Shown: piece after piece, positions 13,183 to 26,766 of the stretch | Numbering within the stretch: position 1 is the first letter of the stretch | Layout of the letters: every line of letters begins with the position of its first letter | DNA from: Paraspadella gotoi | Lineage: Eukaryota; Animalia; Chaetognatha | Assembly: GCA_051294375.1 (NCBI GenBank) | Contig: CM119263.1 | Coordinates: 24,161,657-24,225,656, forward strand | Direction: 5' to 3' | Length of the DNA: 64,000 nt | Position numbers and translations under genes: made by a program | Notes under the pieces: model-generated | Databases searched by the model: none | What the model saw: the letters and a program-made list of their open reading frames with translations, nothing else | What the model was told of the DNA's origin: nothing

Positions 13183-13599
13183 CCAACCCCTGTTGCCTCC
13201 CTTACCCTTTCAACAGATCATGGCGGACACCATGGGGGAGAGCATCATGAAGGCCACCACTATATTGGCTTTCATGGTGTGGGCGCCCATGACTATGGCA
13301 TACACGGATTTCACAGCTTCGAGCCGGAGCATGGCCCTGGTCATCACGGTCTACACGGTCATCACGGGGAACACGGCCATCACGGCCACCACGGCCACCA
13401 TGGCCACCACGGAGAGCACGGCCATCATGGAGATCACCACCATGGGCACGCGCACGCGCATCACGCGCATCATGGACACCACGGGCACCACGGCCATCAC
13501 GGCCACGACCATGGCCATGGGCATGGACATGGAGGTGGACATGACAAGAAGAAGCAAGGCGAACACAAGCATAAGGCGAAGGCTGGAGGCAAGAAATAA
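9843..13599 (+). CDS. Single-pass membrane protein, paralogue/cassette 3, with a Gly/Ala-rich then His/Gly-rich C-terminal tail; 5' exon not identified; two apparent 1-nt frameshifts
   Basis: Exon 9843-9967 (GEQNNAGVNIVNVGGFIICVIVTFLLCTCLCACCRKKSREE|GTGAGC). Exon 10587-10954 (VEDAKNWTKNMRIIEPYCSMRTPELEKI...NHHGHHG, donor G|GTAACT, phase 1). Exon 13217-13599 (CAACAG|AT, phase 1; (GHH)n...KAKAGGKK*). One extra G near 10737 and one near 10760 are needed to reach the Gly/His frame. AATAAA at 13650. Confidence 0.72.
13139..13179. repeat. (CT)n microsatellite just upstream of the His-rich exon acceptor
   Basis: About 20 uninterrupted CT units. Confidence 0.95.
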
Positions 13600-15038
13600 A
13601 ACATACGCTTGAACTAAAGACTCTCGGATAAACAAAACCCTATTCTCTTAATAAAAAGATCCATACCGTAAAACCGGGTAATTAGGGAATGTTTTGAAAT
13701 GTGAAAGAAATGTGGGAAAGAAAAAAACCCATACAATAAGCGTGGTTATCGGCTATAGGACTCCGAATTTTTCTCCGTTTTGTATTTTAAGAAAAGGAAA
13801 AAAAAAAAGGATCCCATTCTCATGTATGTATCTAACGAATTCCTAGAAAAGAAAAGAAAAAAGATCCGACTCGAGTTCGACCGAGGGCCATTTGTTTTCG
13901 GTCGGAACGAGCACGGGCCTCGAATGGAATACGACGCGACATCTTCGTGTCGTCGAACGAATTATCGTTGCGATTCAGTTCGAACTTCCTTGAATTTTCT
14001 ATTCATTTCGATTCCCTTTTTTTTTTGCGCGCGCAAGAAAAAAATTTCAACCGCAATTAATTTAGTCTTCAGGACTTCGGCGTCACTTTGCATTCCAATT
14101 TTGCATTAGCACATCTTGTGTACCTTTTGTTCACGGGAAAAAGTCGCCGATCGGAGCAGCGAGGGGAGCGGGTAGACTTTGTTTTAAACGGGTTGTTAAT
14201 TGTTAATTGATTAGTTAGGATTGCAAGAACTGGATTTTGTTTTATTGTAAAATTGTGAATTAAGGGATAAAATTTGACGTTGGAAGAGTTGAGTTTTCTG
14301 TCGCTTACCATTTCCAAGCTTTGAATTTTCTTTTCCCGCCAAAACTCCTCCTAATCTGATTCGACTTTAAAATCACGATGTATTGAATCTTGAGTTTTTC
14401 TTTTTGTCACCACTGTCCAAAAAAAAAGATACAGATCCTCAATCTCAAATTACCCCGTTTTGCAGTATATACATTCTACGATGAGTTCTTAAAAATTAAT
14501 TCCAACTTTGCCAATTTTTTTTTAATATCTATTTAAGATTAGTTGTCTTAAAATTTTTTTTAAACCAATTTTGAATGTTTAACTCATTGGTTTATTTGTA
14601 AAGTAATACCCATTTCCTACCTTATTACTATTTCAACTAAATTCAATAATGACTTAATTACTTTTTGGCAAAGCTTTTTTCAACGTCATACTCTCTAGTA
14701 GCAAAGTATTTTATTAACGCGATGCTCTCTTCTTTAGCCTCGATTTTCCATCATTTATTACTAATTGTTTTGAAAAGGTTTTGGCTACCACAATGACTTT
14801 AGCGAGGGGTTATCACCAACAAAAACTACAACCAGTACCAATCGCTCGTTTAAACGAACTTCTTTTTTTCGCGCCCCACCGAGGCTTTAATAAAAAGTAA
14901 TAAATGCCATGCAGGTTCAAAACAAATTAGAAAAAGAATTTTTACTCAAAACAAGCAAATGTAAAAAGTTTAAAAAATGTTATAAATAGACCTGGATTAA
15001 CGAGATCACAGCACATGTTCGAAAATGGCCAGTATAGG

Positions 15039-15066
15039 GTAGCTATCCGCCGTCCAAGACGGCGGA
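15039..15066 (-). mobile_element. Possible degenerate Helitron 3' terminus
   Basis: Perfect 9-bp GC-rich stem TCCGCCGTC-CAA-GACGGCGGA, followed on the minus strand by TAGCTAC (one mismatch to a CTRR end). No element body is recognised. Confidence 0.3.
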
Positions 15067-18000
15067 ATGACAAAGGCTCTCTTGCATCATGGAAGTAAAT
15101 GATCTTTGACTAGGATGCCCATAACTTTTAGTCAATTAAAGTCAAAAGCAGCGTGGACACTGACATTAAAAAAACAAAACAAAAACAAAAAAACAAAAGC
15201 GGTAAAAATTGATAGGATATGCTTGCAAATGTTTCAATAACTTATTCCTTTTATGTATTCATTAAGCGACTCAAGATTAATATTAGTATCTGAAATAATG
15301 TTTGCTCGATCTTAGCGTTTATACAGAAACTGGCATGCTTTTTTACTCTTTAGGATTTTAAGCAAATACTCCATAGATTGTCGATTAATTTTTTTTTTTT
15401 TAAGAATAGTTCTCTAATCAAAAAGGGCAACGAGCATTTTTCATTCGAAGGAATCAGTTCTTTCCTAATTCATTGACAAATCTTTGTAACCGTTCTAAGT
15501 ATGTACCGCATACTAAACGGGTCTACAGATAACGGTGAGAGATGTTCGTCTACCCTCCCTTTAACCCAATATTCCTAGTCAGATGCGGCTCGTTAGATTG
15601 TGATATGCTTGAGATCGACCGTACTGAGCTCATTGCTTGTGATTGTGCACTTTTGTTTTCTGTCTCGGGACGAAAATAACTCCTTGTCCCAATTTTCCCC
15701 CTAAGTGTCGCCTTTTCAGGTGGAAGGTAGAAGGACTCGTCGGTAGAGAAGGAAATATTTGCTCTCGAAATAAAACGACTAACTGCAAACTAAAAAACAA
15801 AAACAAAACAAAAAAATACGAAACAGTATTAATGGTGCTTTCTCAATCTAGGATGTAACAAGCTCTCTACCAGTGAAGTGCACAAGTCTTCTTGCCTGAC
15901 GAACTTATACCCTAACTAGGCATAATAAAAACCAAAAAAAAAAATATATGCTGTGATTGACTTATCCTGTAAAAAAAAAAATAGAAAAAAAAACAAATAT
16001 TCGCTCTTACGACTACGCAACTTGTGGCTAAGTTTTGAGTATTCTTGACTCCCCATTGTAAAAAAAAAAGTATGAAAAACCGTGACGATATTTTTCCAGC
16101 TCGGTGCAAAAAAAAAAAAAAAAAGTAAAACCAATTGGTTGAGAACCCGGGTGCTCGTTAACCGCTATCAACCTGGATTCTTCTTTCTCATCTCAGGTCA
16201 TGAAATATTCAAAACGCGAAACGCAAGGTGTGCTATGTCCAGGGCATCCTGCATGTGTAAATCTTTTTAAATGTAACCGATAGACCGTTATTCTCCGATC
16301 GAATTAAGTAGCAACTATGTCTTGGAAATTACAACCAAAAAAAAAAAGAAAACTCTAACCGGCTTTTTATGCATACACGTTAAACGAGAATTTTTATTTA
16401 TATTGTTCTATATTTTTATTTTTAATTACGACTACGCGTACTGACGCAGTACGACTCTGTGGTGAATTACCCCAAGCGATCTCGCCTGTTTTATTAGCTT
16501 TACTCCTAAAACCGAATGCGACCAAAACACAAAAAACGAGTCTGCAACGATGTTTTTTATACTTCGTTAACGAGAAGTAGTCCTATACATATACTTTGTG
16601 TGTATCAGGTTAGTATACAATATACATATCACGCATACGAAGAATATTTCCCAAAAAAAGTCAGGGTGCTAGCACAGTATTTTTTTGTACGAATTTCAAA
16701 TTCCATGTATTATGTAAACAACAAAAAAAAGTATGCATCTTTGTTACGATTAGAAAGACGTATATTCCCGCCCCAATTTTTGCCCCCACCCCCACCCCCC
16801 CCCACGAATCCACTTTCCAGAAGTTCAAGTGTCGGTAAATAAAAATAAAAAAAACATAAGAGACGACGAGACATTTTGACGAATTTCTTCCTTTAGATCT
16901 CCGACGAGATTGCGTTGCCTTTTTGGGAAAATACGTTTCTACTTCTAAGCAAATATATAACAACTAACAATAAAACTAATGAGTTAATTTATTTAGAAGA
17001 AATTAATCAATATATTGTTCAAAGTTTGATCTAATTGCAACGCGGCTTCATCGTAGATGTTTGAGAAAAAAAAAACGTTGAATCAATCGTCCAATCCAAC
17101 AGAAAATGAATTGCCTCAGGCTTTTAATTCAATCATTGTTATTTTGTCTCTTTAGTTTATTTTTAACTTTCTCTCTGCGGCGCCGCGTTACCAAATCGTT
17201 AAACCAAGGTGCCGCATGATGAAGAAAAAAACAAAAAAATAAGCAACCTTGCAACCTTGTTTCGTTTTTTCACTCTCGTGACATCAAATTGCCATGGACG
17301 ATTTCATCACAAGTGCATTTTCATGATTTTTTTGTATAAATCACTCTCACAAAGTACAATTTATCAAAAAAACAAAAACAAACAAACCAGTAAGCCAGTG
17401 TTTAGATAAAAAAAATCTACAAAAAAATGCTTAAAGCCGTTAAAAGTCGTGTTTAAATAGTCATGGAATTGCGCCACTACGCTAGACAGCCAATATGTTG
17501 GTGTGTGAGAACTCTTAAGGTTTCAATTCCTCATATAAATATGTGATGAAACCAGAGACCATTGGCGTTCAAAAATGGTGTCAAAGGCCCCCTAGATTGA
17601 TTCAACGCGTTTTTGTTGACCCTTACAAAACCTCTCTCCTTACCCTACGATCTCCAAATATCTCTTTGTTTCGGCACTTTCCTTTGAAGGTTGGTTTACA
17701 GGGTGAACTTGTCATTTCTTTTGACGCAGTTTGAGAGCGATTAAATTGTGCGATGTAAAAAGATTGTATTTTATGTTAAAAAGTTGATGGGATGCTTGCG
17801 TGTTTCAAGCACCTCCGTTACCATTTACATTGGTCACCATTGGTAAACAGATTTCTGAAAAATAATCTATCACCTCGGAAATAAAAATTAGCGAGTATAA
17901 TTATATAGAGAAAAAAAATGAAGAATGGTGAGAGATGAAAAACGATGTTTTCGGTGTAAGTACATTTTTTATCTTAATACGTAGTATAACTCATGTAGTG

Positions 18001-18644
18001 GGGCTTCCCATCCCCTTAGACGCTAATACTTTTCGCCTAAATTTAGCTACTATTGTTTGAAAGGGTCTTTTTGTTAGTTTTTTTCGCGAATCTTATTTTA
18101 CTAAGAAAATAACATACATTTAAATATGGCGTCATACCATAACGAAAAGACCCTCGATATAGTTCATCCTAAAAAAAAATTAGTATCGTTGCACAATAAA
18201 AAAAAAAAAAAGAAAAAAAATCATTTTAATAAACTGTAACAATGTGATTTTCGTCTTTAATTTGTTTGCGACAATGTTTTTGTCAGGTTGAAAGATTAAA
18301 TGTATAATGAAACAGCGGCGCTGTAATAATAATATCATGTGAATCGAAGTTGTTTTCTTTCGCGTTTCTCGTTAATACCTTCTCTTTCATTTTCAATCAT
18401 TCCTTTTTTTTTAATTCACGCTATTGGCGGCGTTTTTCTTGTGAAACAGAAAAAAAGCCCCTCAGCCGTGAATAAAATATGTCCACCAGTGACTAACTGT
18501 ATTTAAGTAGGTTTCAACTTATTTGTTGATGCGTTGCCCGTACGTTGAGATAAGGTTTTGCTTGCACTTGTTTTGTATATATGAGTCTACATCATCCTTT
18601 GAGCGAGACGGGACAGTCGGCTGGCCCGATTCCGCCACCCTTTC

Positions 18645-18705
<61 letters not shown>

Positions 18706-20115
18706 CCTCCGTCTCTGTTAACTCGGAATTTTCAATTGCCTTGATTCGTTGATTATCCCAAAAAATTTAAGCAAAAACAAAACAATTTTTAAGTATAAAG
18801 AGTTTAAACTGAATACGCCTAATCTCAGAGAATTTGATGTTTATATATACATATCAAAAATTTTAATAGTAATATCAAAATTTTTACTTTTTCTTGTTTT
18901 TTTTTTCTTCAATGGATTGATGCAATCGTAGTGAAAACTTTTTCCGTTCGATTCCGCTTAGGTATTCCTCATTTTGGAAATTTTTAATACTTGTTACATT
19001 GAATCTGAAAAAAAAGAAATGTTTTCTATCACTGCTTTCAACCTCAAAAACAGTTTGCTATTGTGTGATATTTTTTTTATGAAGAAAATTTGTTGTTACT
19101 TTCGTCATGATCATAACAAAATCTTTTCATCCTTTTCTCATCCACTCTTAGTCGTAAATATTCACATCCTTCATATATTTTTTTTTTTTGACAAACCCTT
19201 CCAAAACGCAAGGATTCCTACTTTTTCGTTACAAAAAAGTAAACTGACATTTATTTGATTAAGCGTTCTTATTGTAGTTAGACGATTACAATAGTGCTTT
19301 AAACTCTTACGCTGCATCAAGCATATTTTCAAAAAAGTGAAACTTGGCTTATGTAGTTCGTATAATACGATTTTTGTTTGTATCTTCCCTTTCCCCCCAT
19401 TGCAAAGCAAAACCTATCTATCAAAAAAAAAAAAAAAGAGTAATAACCAGTACGGTTATTTTTTTTCCGAAATCAACTATGAATCATAAATGATATAAAT
19501 GTAGTTGTTTCATAGAATTCCTTCCGTCCCTGATTTCGAGCGGACGAAGAAAAAGTAATTGTCTCACAAATACTAATCACTAATATGACTGTAAACTGTG
19601 CACGTTATTGTGCACACATTAGGCGTTCAGACTAAAGGGATAACACCAGGTTCCCGTTACATCTTTCGAACCTTGTAATTTTTTATCATTATCATTTTAT
19701 CCAAACCTGGAACGAATTAACATCTTTGTCCTCAAAATCTTTTTTTGAAATTGACGCTAAAAGTTCCCGCATCCTGATGTCATGTGTCCGAAGCGCACTC
19801 GCTCCAAAGAGCGATTGCTTCCTGTTAAAAAAAGTGATGGAACGTGATTTGAAAAAAAAAACAAACCCAAAACAAAAAGACAGAAAAGTCTTTAAAAAAA
19901 TGGAGGAAAAAAATATATGAATAATTATGCCAGGACCGAGTCGTATATATATATATATATAAGCAAAGAAAAAAAGGCGTTCCCTTTCAAAAAGGTTACT
20001 TACCGAATTTTTAAAAAAAAACGAAGAACAAAAAAAGAACTTGTACCAACTGTCCACCAAAATGTGTAGAGTGAAAAATTCCCGGATTTTGCCTGACGAT
20101 CGCTGTGGCAACGGC

Positions 20116-20284
20116 GAGTCACTTCCAATCCTCCGGGTTCGGCGTTTATCACTTTTTTTGGCGGTTGACCTTTTTCTTGATGCTTTTTTTTTCTTTTATC
20201 CCGAAAAAAAAAATTATAAAGACTAAATGACAAAGAAAAAAATTTGACGCTGTAATATTGAACCCGGGTATTCGAAGTGACTTC
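20116..20284. repeat. Inverted pair of a short dispersed repeat with a CCGGGTTC core (tRNA B-box-like; SINE or MITE fragment)
   Basis: AGTCACTTCCAATCCTCCGGGTTC near 20117-20140 matches the reverse complement of GAACCCGGGTATTCGAAGTGACT near 20260-20282. Related GAACCCGG cores occur near 16143 and 32592. Confidence 0.4.
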
Positions 20285-21210
20285 TGCATTTGTTCATGGA
20301 GGAAATGAGGTACCGAAACGATTAACTAAAAAAACCCTTACTTTATTTTTTTGGTATTAAAGTTAACCGTTCTCTCTCATTCGTCAGAATCATGTAGACT
20401 TTAAGTATTAAAAAAAAAATTAGATGACTCATTGAATTATTAAACCCGATTAGAATCTCTTTCTAGTCTCTGCTTCATCATGTGTGTACAAAATAACATT
20501 AAATACTTATCAAAAAAGTCATCACCTTTATGTCTGTACTTTTTGTCAGCTCTGTCAAAGTGTCAAGTCTGCCTTTAGAATAGAACAACAGATTAAATCT
20601 ACAAAAACGTAAATAATGACGTCCTGTGCATGTGTCTTTTAAGTAAACATATCAATGATTCCCTATTTGTATACTACTACTTAAAAACAACATTTGTCAA
20701 ATTAATCCACCCCTTGATACTTGAAAAAAGGCTGCATCATTACAACAATGCTGAGACAATTAATTACGTCTACTTTTTTATTTTTTCAAATTGTTTTAGA
20801 TAAGCCAGTGGATTTATTGGCGGAGCTAGAATTTATTTTATTTTTATTTTTCAGTGTATTTTAATTTTGAATTAATATTCTCTGCAATGGTTTTCTGGTT
20901 TCAGAAATTTATTTGTGGCGATAAAGTTTATTATTTACCGGCCTCTTAATGTTGCACTATAGTAAAACTGATTAAATAATAACTCCTTGATCAAAGCAAA
21001 ATTGTTTTATTTGCATTAAGATGAACTGGTGTGCGCGATAAACAATTGCAGAAAAAAGGCTACCTTAGCAAAACTTTTAAACCGACTGAAGCATAAGGCC
21101 AAGATTATTTGTTGAAAAAAGAAATTAAGCTAAACCTTAACTTTTTTTATAAACGAGGGAGAAAAAGAGAAAAAAAGCCTCTTCAAAAAAAATAATTAAT
21201 TAATAACTCT

Positions 21211-24100
21211 TTAATTTTCGATGTTCAATTGTTCATTTTCTTCTCCGGCGTAATTTACATGACGAAAAATGGTGGCATCTGTCGTCGATTGTGGAAACGA
21301 ACTATTCGACCCAAGGCCGCACTGAACAAACAATTGCCGTTCGTTCTGTCTAACGCAAATCTCGATTTCCTTCCTACGGGCGGCGTCCATCGTAGGTTGT
21401 CCATTTTGTTGGTCGTAAATGCTGATTAAGGGTAAAAAAAAATTTTAATTAGCGTCCGTGTTTGAGTCGAAGATATTTTTTCTACACTACATACTTACAA
21501 TATTTTTGTGAAACATTTATAGCAGTCGTCGCCGATTTCCAGCCCGAATCTCAGTCCGCATTGGCCCAAGTGCGATTCTGTCCCGTCGCAGTTGATTTCG
21601 ATGTAGGGATAGAAGACGACGCTGAATTGTGCAATCTGACCAAAGTCAACATCAATATTAGTCTTAATCGATCAATCATTCAATCAATCAATCAATTCTT
21701 GACAAACATCCCGATTTTTACCTTAAAATCCTTCCACCCTTCCTTGTCGTATTCCGTCAGGTTTTCTGCCTTCTGCGCCGCCTCTCGGTTGTAAATGAAA
21801 GCGAACTGATCGAATTCTTTGGCGCCTACTTCGGCAAAGTCGAGACCCACGACGCCGTCGTCGACGAATGCGGCGTCGTTGGCGCCGAGTTGACGACAGA
21901 CGACGGCGGCGACGGCGGCGGCGTCGGAATTCGGGTGGAGGCAGATGGAGGAGAAGTTGGAGCGGCGCCCGAGGGAGACTTGAGCGAAGCCGGCGACGAC
22001 GCCGTCGAAGGACGTGGAGTTGCCGAAGAGGGACGTCGCCGGGGGAGCGAGGCGTACGTCGACGATCACCTGGGAGAAAGTATACGTATATTTTAGATAT
22101 GCATATTTTGAGAATGGTAAACATTTTATAAAACTAACTAAACTTTTTTTTTTATTAATGTTTCATATGTAACAATTTTTCGATTAAAAATACATTCATC
22201 TAAACACTACTTTAAGCGATCCGGTGATCAGTCAATCAGTCAATCAGTCAATCATTCAATTTACGTCCGGATAAAGAGGCTTTGTGTTCACGAGGGCGAG
22301 ACTACAAACGGCGACGAATATTCCGACGACCCCGACGACGCTGATGACGAGGGCGGCGGCCATCTTGGCTCTCATGGCGTCGCAACGCGGCCCGTCCGGC
22401 GTCTCCTCCACCAGGATGTGCGACTTTTCCGAGGGCAACGACGCCAGAATCTCCGCCGGCGTCGTCCCTTCCGTCTCCGACAGCTGCGTGGAGCCGGTGG
22501 CGTCCTTATTGGCGGCCTGTTTGTTGGCGGTTTCCTTGTCGGGCGTTTTGCCCGATTTGAGCGACTTCATTGAGATGTTTTCGCCTTCTTCGGCGCCTTC
22601 CTCGTCGACGGGTTCTTCCACAGCGGGCGCGTCCTCGATCAATTCCACCGGCGCCGCGTCATCGGACAGCGCCCGAAATTCGGCGCCAAGACCCGCGCCA
22701 AGACGGGACGCCGCGGCGACCGGCAACGCAGCCAAACCCCGCGCAGCGGCGCCGCAGAGCCACAGCCACGCGGAGATGAGCGGCTGCGAGAATCCGGCCG
22801 TCCACCTGTTGTCGGTGAAGAAGAGGCAGCTGCCCCAGAAGAGGTTGATCGGAACGAAGATCCAGAGATTGGCGTAAAGAGAATCGTCTGCTCCGTTGAG
22901 CGTCAATTCGGACTCCAATACTTTGGAACTGATCAACTGCTTCTCCAGGATGAAGGCCAAGAACCAGAAGAGACCCTTGACGCCGATGAAGCTGCAGAAG
23001 CGTCTCGTCCAGTCGTGCTCGGGTCGAGAGAAGATCAGCGCCAAGATGCCCGTCATCGCCGTTCCCAGCATGACGGGCACGAGCAGCGTGGAGAGGCAGA
23101 CGCCGCAGAAGCAGGCCATGCGGCAGAAGGCCGACAGCACCGCCAGCTCCGAGAGGCAGAAGAAGAAGACGGAGAAGGCGGAGGAGAGGCTGTGATAATT
23201 CGGCGAAGAGAAGACGTTCATCGTCGCGCAGCCGCGTCGCTCGTAAACGAAGTTGGCCACCGCGGCGCTGATTCCCACGCAGGAGCTCAGCACCGAGAGG
23301 CGCTGCAGCGGCGCCATGTTTTCGTAGCCTTCGTTGAAGGCGTTGGCGGATGCGAAGACGGTCTGCGTCACGATCTGCGGCACCGAGGAAAAGAACGCCG
23401 GTGCCAGTTTGGCCAGCGATGCCACGCGGAAGCTTCTTAAGGCGTCGGCTTCGGACTCGGGCGTGCCCAGGGCCGTAAACCAGAGGGCGTGGCAATAGAG
23501 GAGATTGGGCGCAGAGAAGAAGAGGCCGGTGGCGGCGACGGCGATGCGCCACTCGGGCGCGAGATGGCGCCAACGTAAGGTGGTGACGACGACGACGAGG
23601 ATGACCTGTAGTGATTTGAGATTTTCGGCAGAAATAGACAAGAGTCAAAGAGGCAATGATTATTACAACATAAACCACATTGATGATAACAACTACAACA
23701 TCTGTAACAAAACCTGGGAAAGGACGCCGGCGAGGAGCCAAAACCACGTGACCAGAAAATGGAAGCCGCGAAAATAAGGCGCCGAATCGCCGAACATGGA
23801 GTCGTTGCCGAACCCGAGCCCGTAAGCGATCTGACCGCCCAGCCCGGACGGTTCACCGCCCTGGCGCCGCGGGAATCGATCGTCCTTGTAGGCCAGGCGC
23901 CGCAATGCAGCGCCGAGTACGACATCGACGCCAAAGTCAAGGAGAAAGAAGGAGAAGGAAAAGACGACGACGAGAGTGCGAAGGATCGGCGTCGGTGGGC
24001 GCGGCGTTGGCGGAACCGGCGATGTTGGAACCGTCGCCGTTGGACTTGCAGGAGCCTTCGGACTCGCCTGCGCCGTTGGACTCGCCGGCGCTGTCGTCAT
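21211..24100 (-). CDS. XK-related (Xkr scramblase-like) multi-pass membrane protein fused to a C-terminal SRCR domain, paralogue A (about 807 aa)
   Basis: Exons 24100-23714, 23605-22265, 22069-21722, 21635-21499 and 21421-21211; all GT-AG, phases 0,0,0,2, 2424 nt. XK hallmarks: DFGVD in TM1, KLAPAFFSSVPQIVTQ (ESxPQxxxQ-like), SVLSSCVGIS. SRCR hallmarks: VRL...GFAQV...SIC...AAVVCRQLG...CDGTESHLGQC...LFVQC. Confidence 0.85.
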
Positions 24101-24701
24101 CGTCCTCGAAGATATGACGCCGTCTTGGTTCTGCTACTTTAGAGAATGGCGCTGCAGTCGAACTCTAGCGTCGCCAATCTCCTTGCAAAATGAGATTTAA
24201 TGCAAGAGACCGTCTCGCTCTCTCTTTATCTCAAAATTCCGGACAAAAATAATTTGTTCCTCGTCGATTCCTTTTTGCTTTTTTTTCCGTTTTCGTTTAT
24301 ATCGACTGACGAAGGAGTCGAGGTGCAATTCGCAAAAACGAAAGACACGCAACAAAGACAGGGAGATGCGACCCAACGATCCCGGTCAGGAGATCGGATA
24401 TGGTAGAATTTAAAGAGAGACACGAGATGGGACAATAAGATGGGAAAATCATTCGCGATTTTCAAGTACAAAAATGTAGGAGGACATGGAAGCAGCAGTT
24501 AGTCTATTCTGCGTGATTCTGATTAGATTAATTGAGAAATAATAAGTTTTCTGAAAACTAGTTAATTCGTCTTCAGTTTTATCTGTGTATGCAGAGAAGA
24601 TGAAATATTGGTAAATCCAAGGAAGGTTCTCAAAACTGATCATGCTCCCTCCATTTTTCATCTTTGCCCTCTCTCTCTCTTATTATTCTCTCGGATAGTC
24701 G

Positions 24702-24752
<51 letters not shown>

Positions 24753-26766
24753 TGTCGTGGATTACTGGCTAAAGACTATGACGACGTCTTGGTCGAATTT
24801 ATAGGGAGGTATTGCAATGTAAGCAAGCGCACCTATCTCTTCGATAACGATTCTGTCGCATCAAGCATCAAGCTTGGGCTCAAGCATTTCCCATTTGGAT
24901 TCTATCTTTCTATTTTCTCAGCTTTTAGTATTTCATTTTTTTTTCCCTCAATTATTTTTTGTCCCAATGAATGAACGTCAGAACGTTTTAATATCTTTTA
25001 TATCATTTGCTTTCGCCCAAAGGCTCTTTTCCTCACTCAAAATATCAAAGAAAAGAAGAAGGCGTGTATTTGGAAAATCCAACAATCTTTTATTACGGCA
25101 ACAAAATCTGCGAGATCGATGCTTTGGTCGTATTAGGAATAGGATAAGGATATAACGATGACTTTCGTTATTTTTTTATTAGAAAAGTCGGTTAAGGGTC
25201 TGATCTCGTCATTGAAAAATAGTTTTTTTTTTCTTAAAACGAAAAAAAATCAAAAGCAGATTGTTTAATACTGTCGATATTTGACACAAGTGCAGTATTG
25301 GGGTATTCGATGCAAACTGGTATAAACAAGCCAAGGAAAATTAGAAGTAGTTATTATTTGAATTTTCGGGCCGCGATTTTTTTGCGTGTCGACGGGACGA
25401 AATGAATGCCTCGTTATAGTTCGGACGCTGCCGAGACTCAATGGAACAATTTGCGGTCGTTCGGTCGGTCAAGGACCGATAGCCGAAACTATGGAACCGT
25501 TAATTATTTTTTTTTATATATATTCAATAACACCATGTTCCTTTTCGTTAAACTAGATTCAGTCCGATATTGGCAAGTGAAAAATTAGGTTCAACGCAAT
25601 CGTACATAAAAATTGAGTAAAAGCAACGTAACAATATTCTGGGACAATGAGTGTACCAATGAAAAGAAGCGCTAGAAAAAACAAAAATCATGCAACTGCG
25701 TCCTTAATATTAATACGTATTAAAAAGCCAAAATTAAAAAGGCAGCGACGGCTTCAGAGTAAAAAAGCGAGCTTTATAATTATAAAAAAAATTTTTTTTT
25801 TAATTTAATATACTATTTGACAATTAGCAAAAGAGAAAAGGAGGAGCACGTAAGTCTTTTTTTTTCCTTTAGAATTTTCTTATTCCCTTAATTTCATGCG
25901 TTTTAAAACATTCTGGTTAGAATCTTTTTTTTTTTTTTTGGTAAAATTGAAAAACCGTTAAGGGGCAATATTAGCGGCATTATCATGCAAGAAAAACCCA
26001 CCAATTGAATTTGTTTCAAGTAAATAATAGGAAGCATCACATAGAATACATTTTAGAACATAGTAGTAAAAGCTGGAAATTACACTTAAATCGTAATCCA
26101 CCCCAAACGTTTGATCCAAACATACTGGTGTAAATTTCGGTTTTTTGTTGTTTTTTTTTTTTTTTTTTTTTTTAAGTGAAAGCACCGTATATATATAACA
26201 TCGAAATATATATGGTGAATAATGCTAAGAGAGGCAAGTTCGTTATTATATGTGTTCGGATTGACTCATGCAACTTCGAAGGGTCAACGCGAGACTACGT
26301 CTCATATTTGGACAATTTTTATGACAATAAAAACGATTCCACTCGAAATTAATTATCGATTTCAATTTTTCATGTTCGGAAAAAATCCGAAAACTTGACT
26401 CGTCCACCATTGGAACTTTTGATTTCGACGTCGAACTGTGACTCAGACAATAGAACAACTTAAAAGAACAAGGGAGGGAAAGATCAACATTCTGTGTTTT
26501 TGTTTATTTTTGTTTCCCCAAAACAAAAAAAAACCGCGAAAAAAAAACCGTCGAGAGAAAAACTTGAGCGTACAACTCTTTGATGCGATCCGCAGATTCA
26601 AATCTTTTAAACGAACTTTGTCATTTGTCATTTAATATTACTTGGCTTTTCGTCATTATTTTTAATCGGACGCTGATTGTAACGAAGAACGAGAAAGATT
26701 TTGCCGTCTCTCCTTCCGTCGCTTCGCGGGCGCGCTGTCCTCGCGAACGGACAGCGCCACCTCTCT

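Noticed and set aside
12890-13612. 240-aa Met/Thr/Ala-rich ORF
   Set aside because: It is an alternative frame of the GHH repeat and runs through a CT microsatellite; splice phase supports the His frame.
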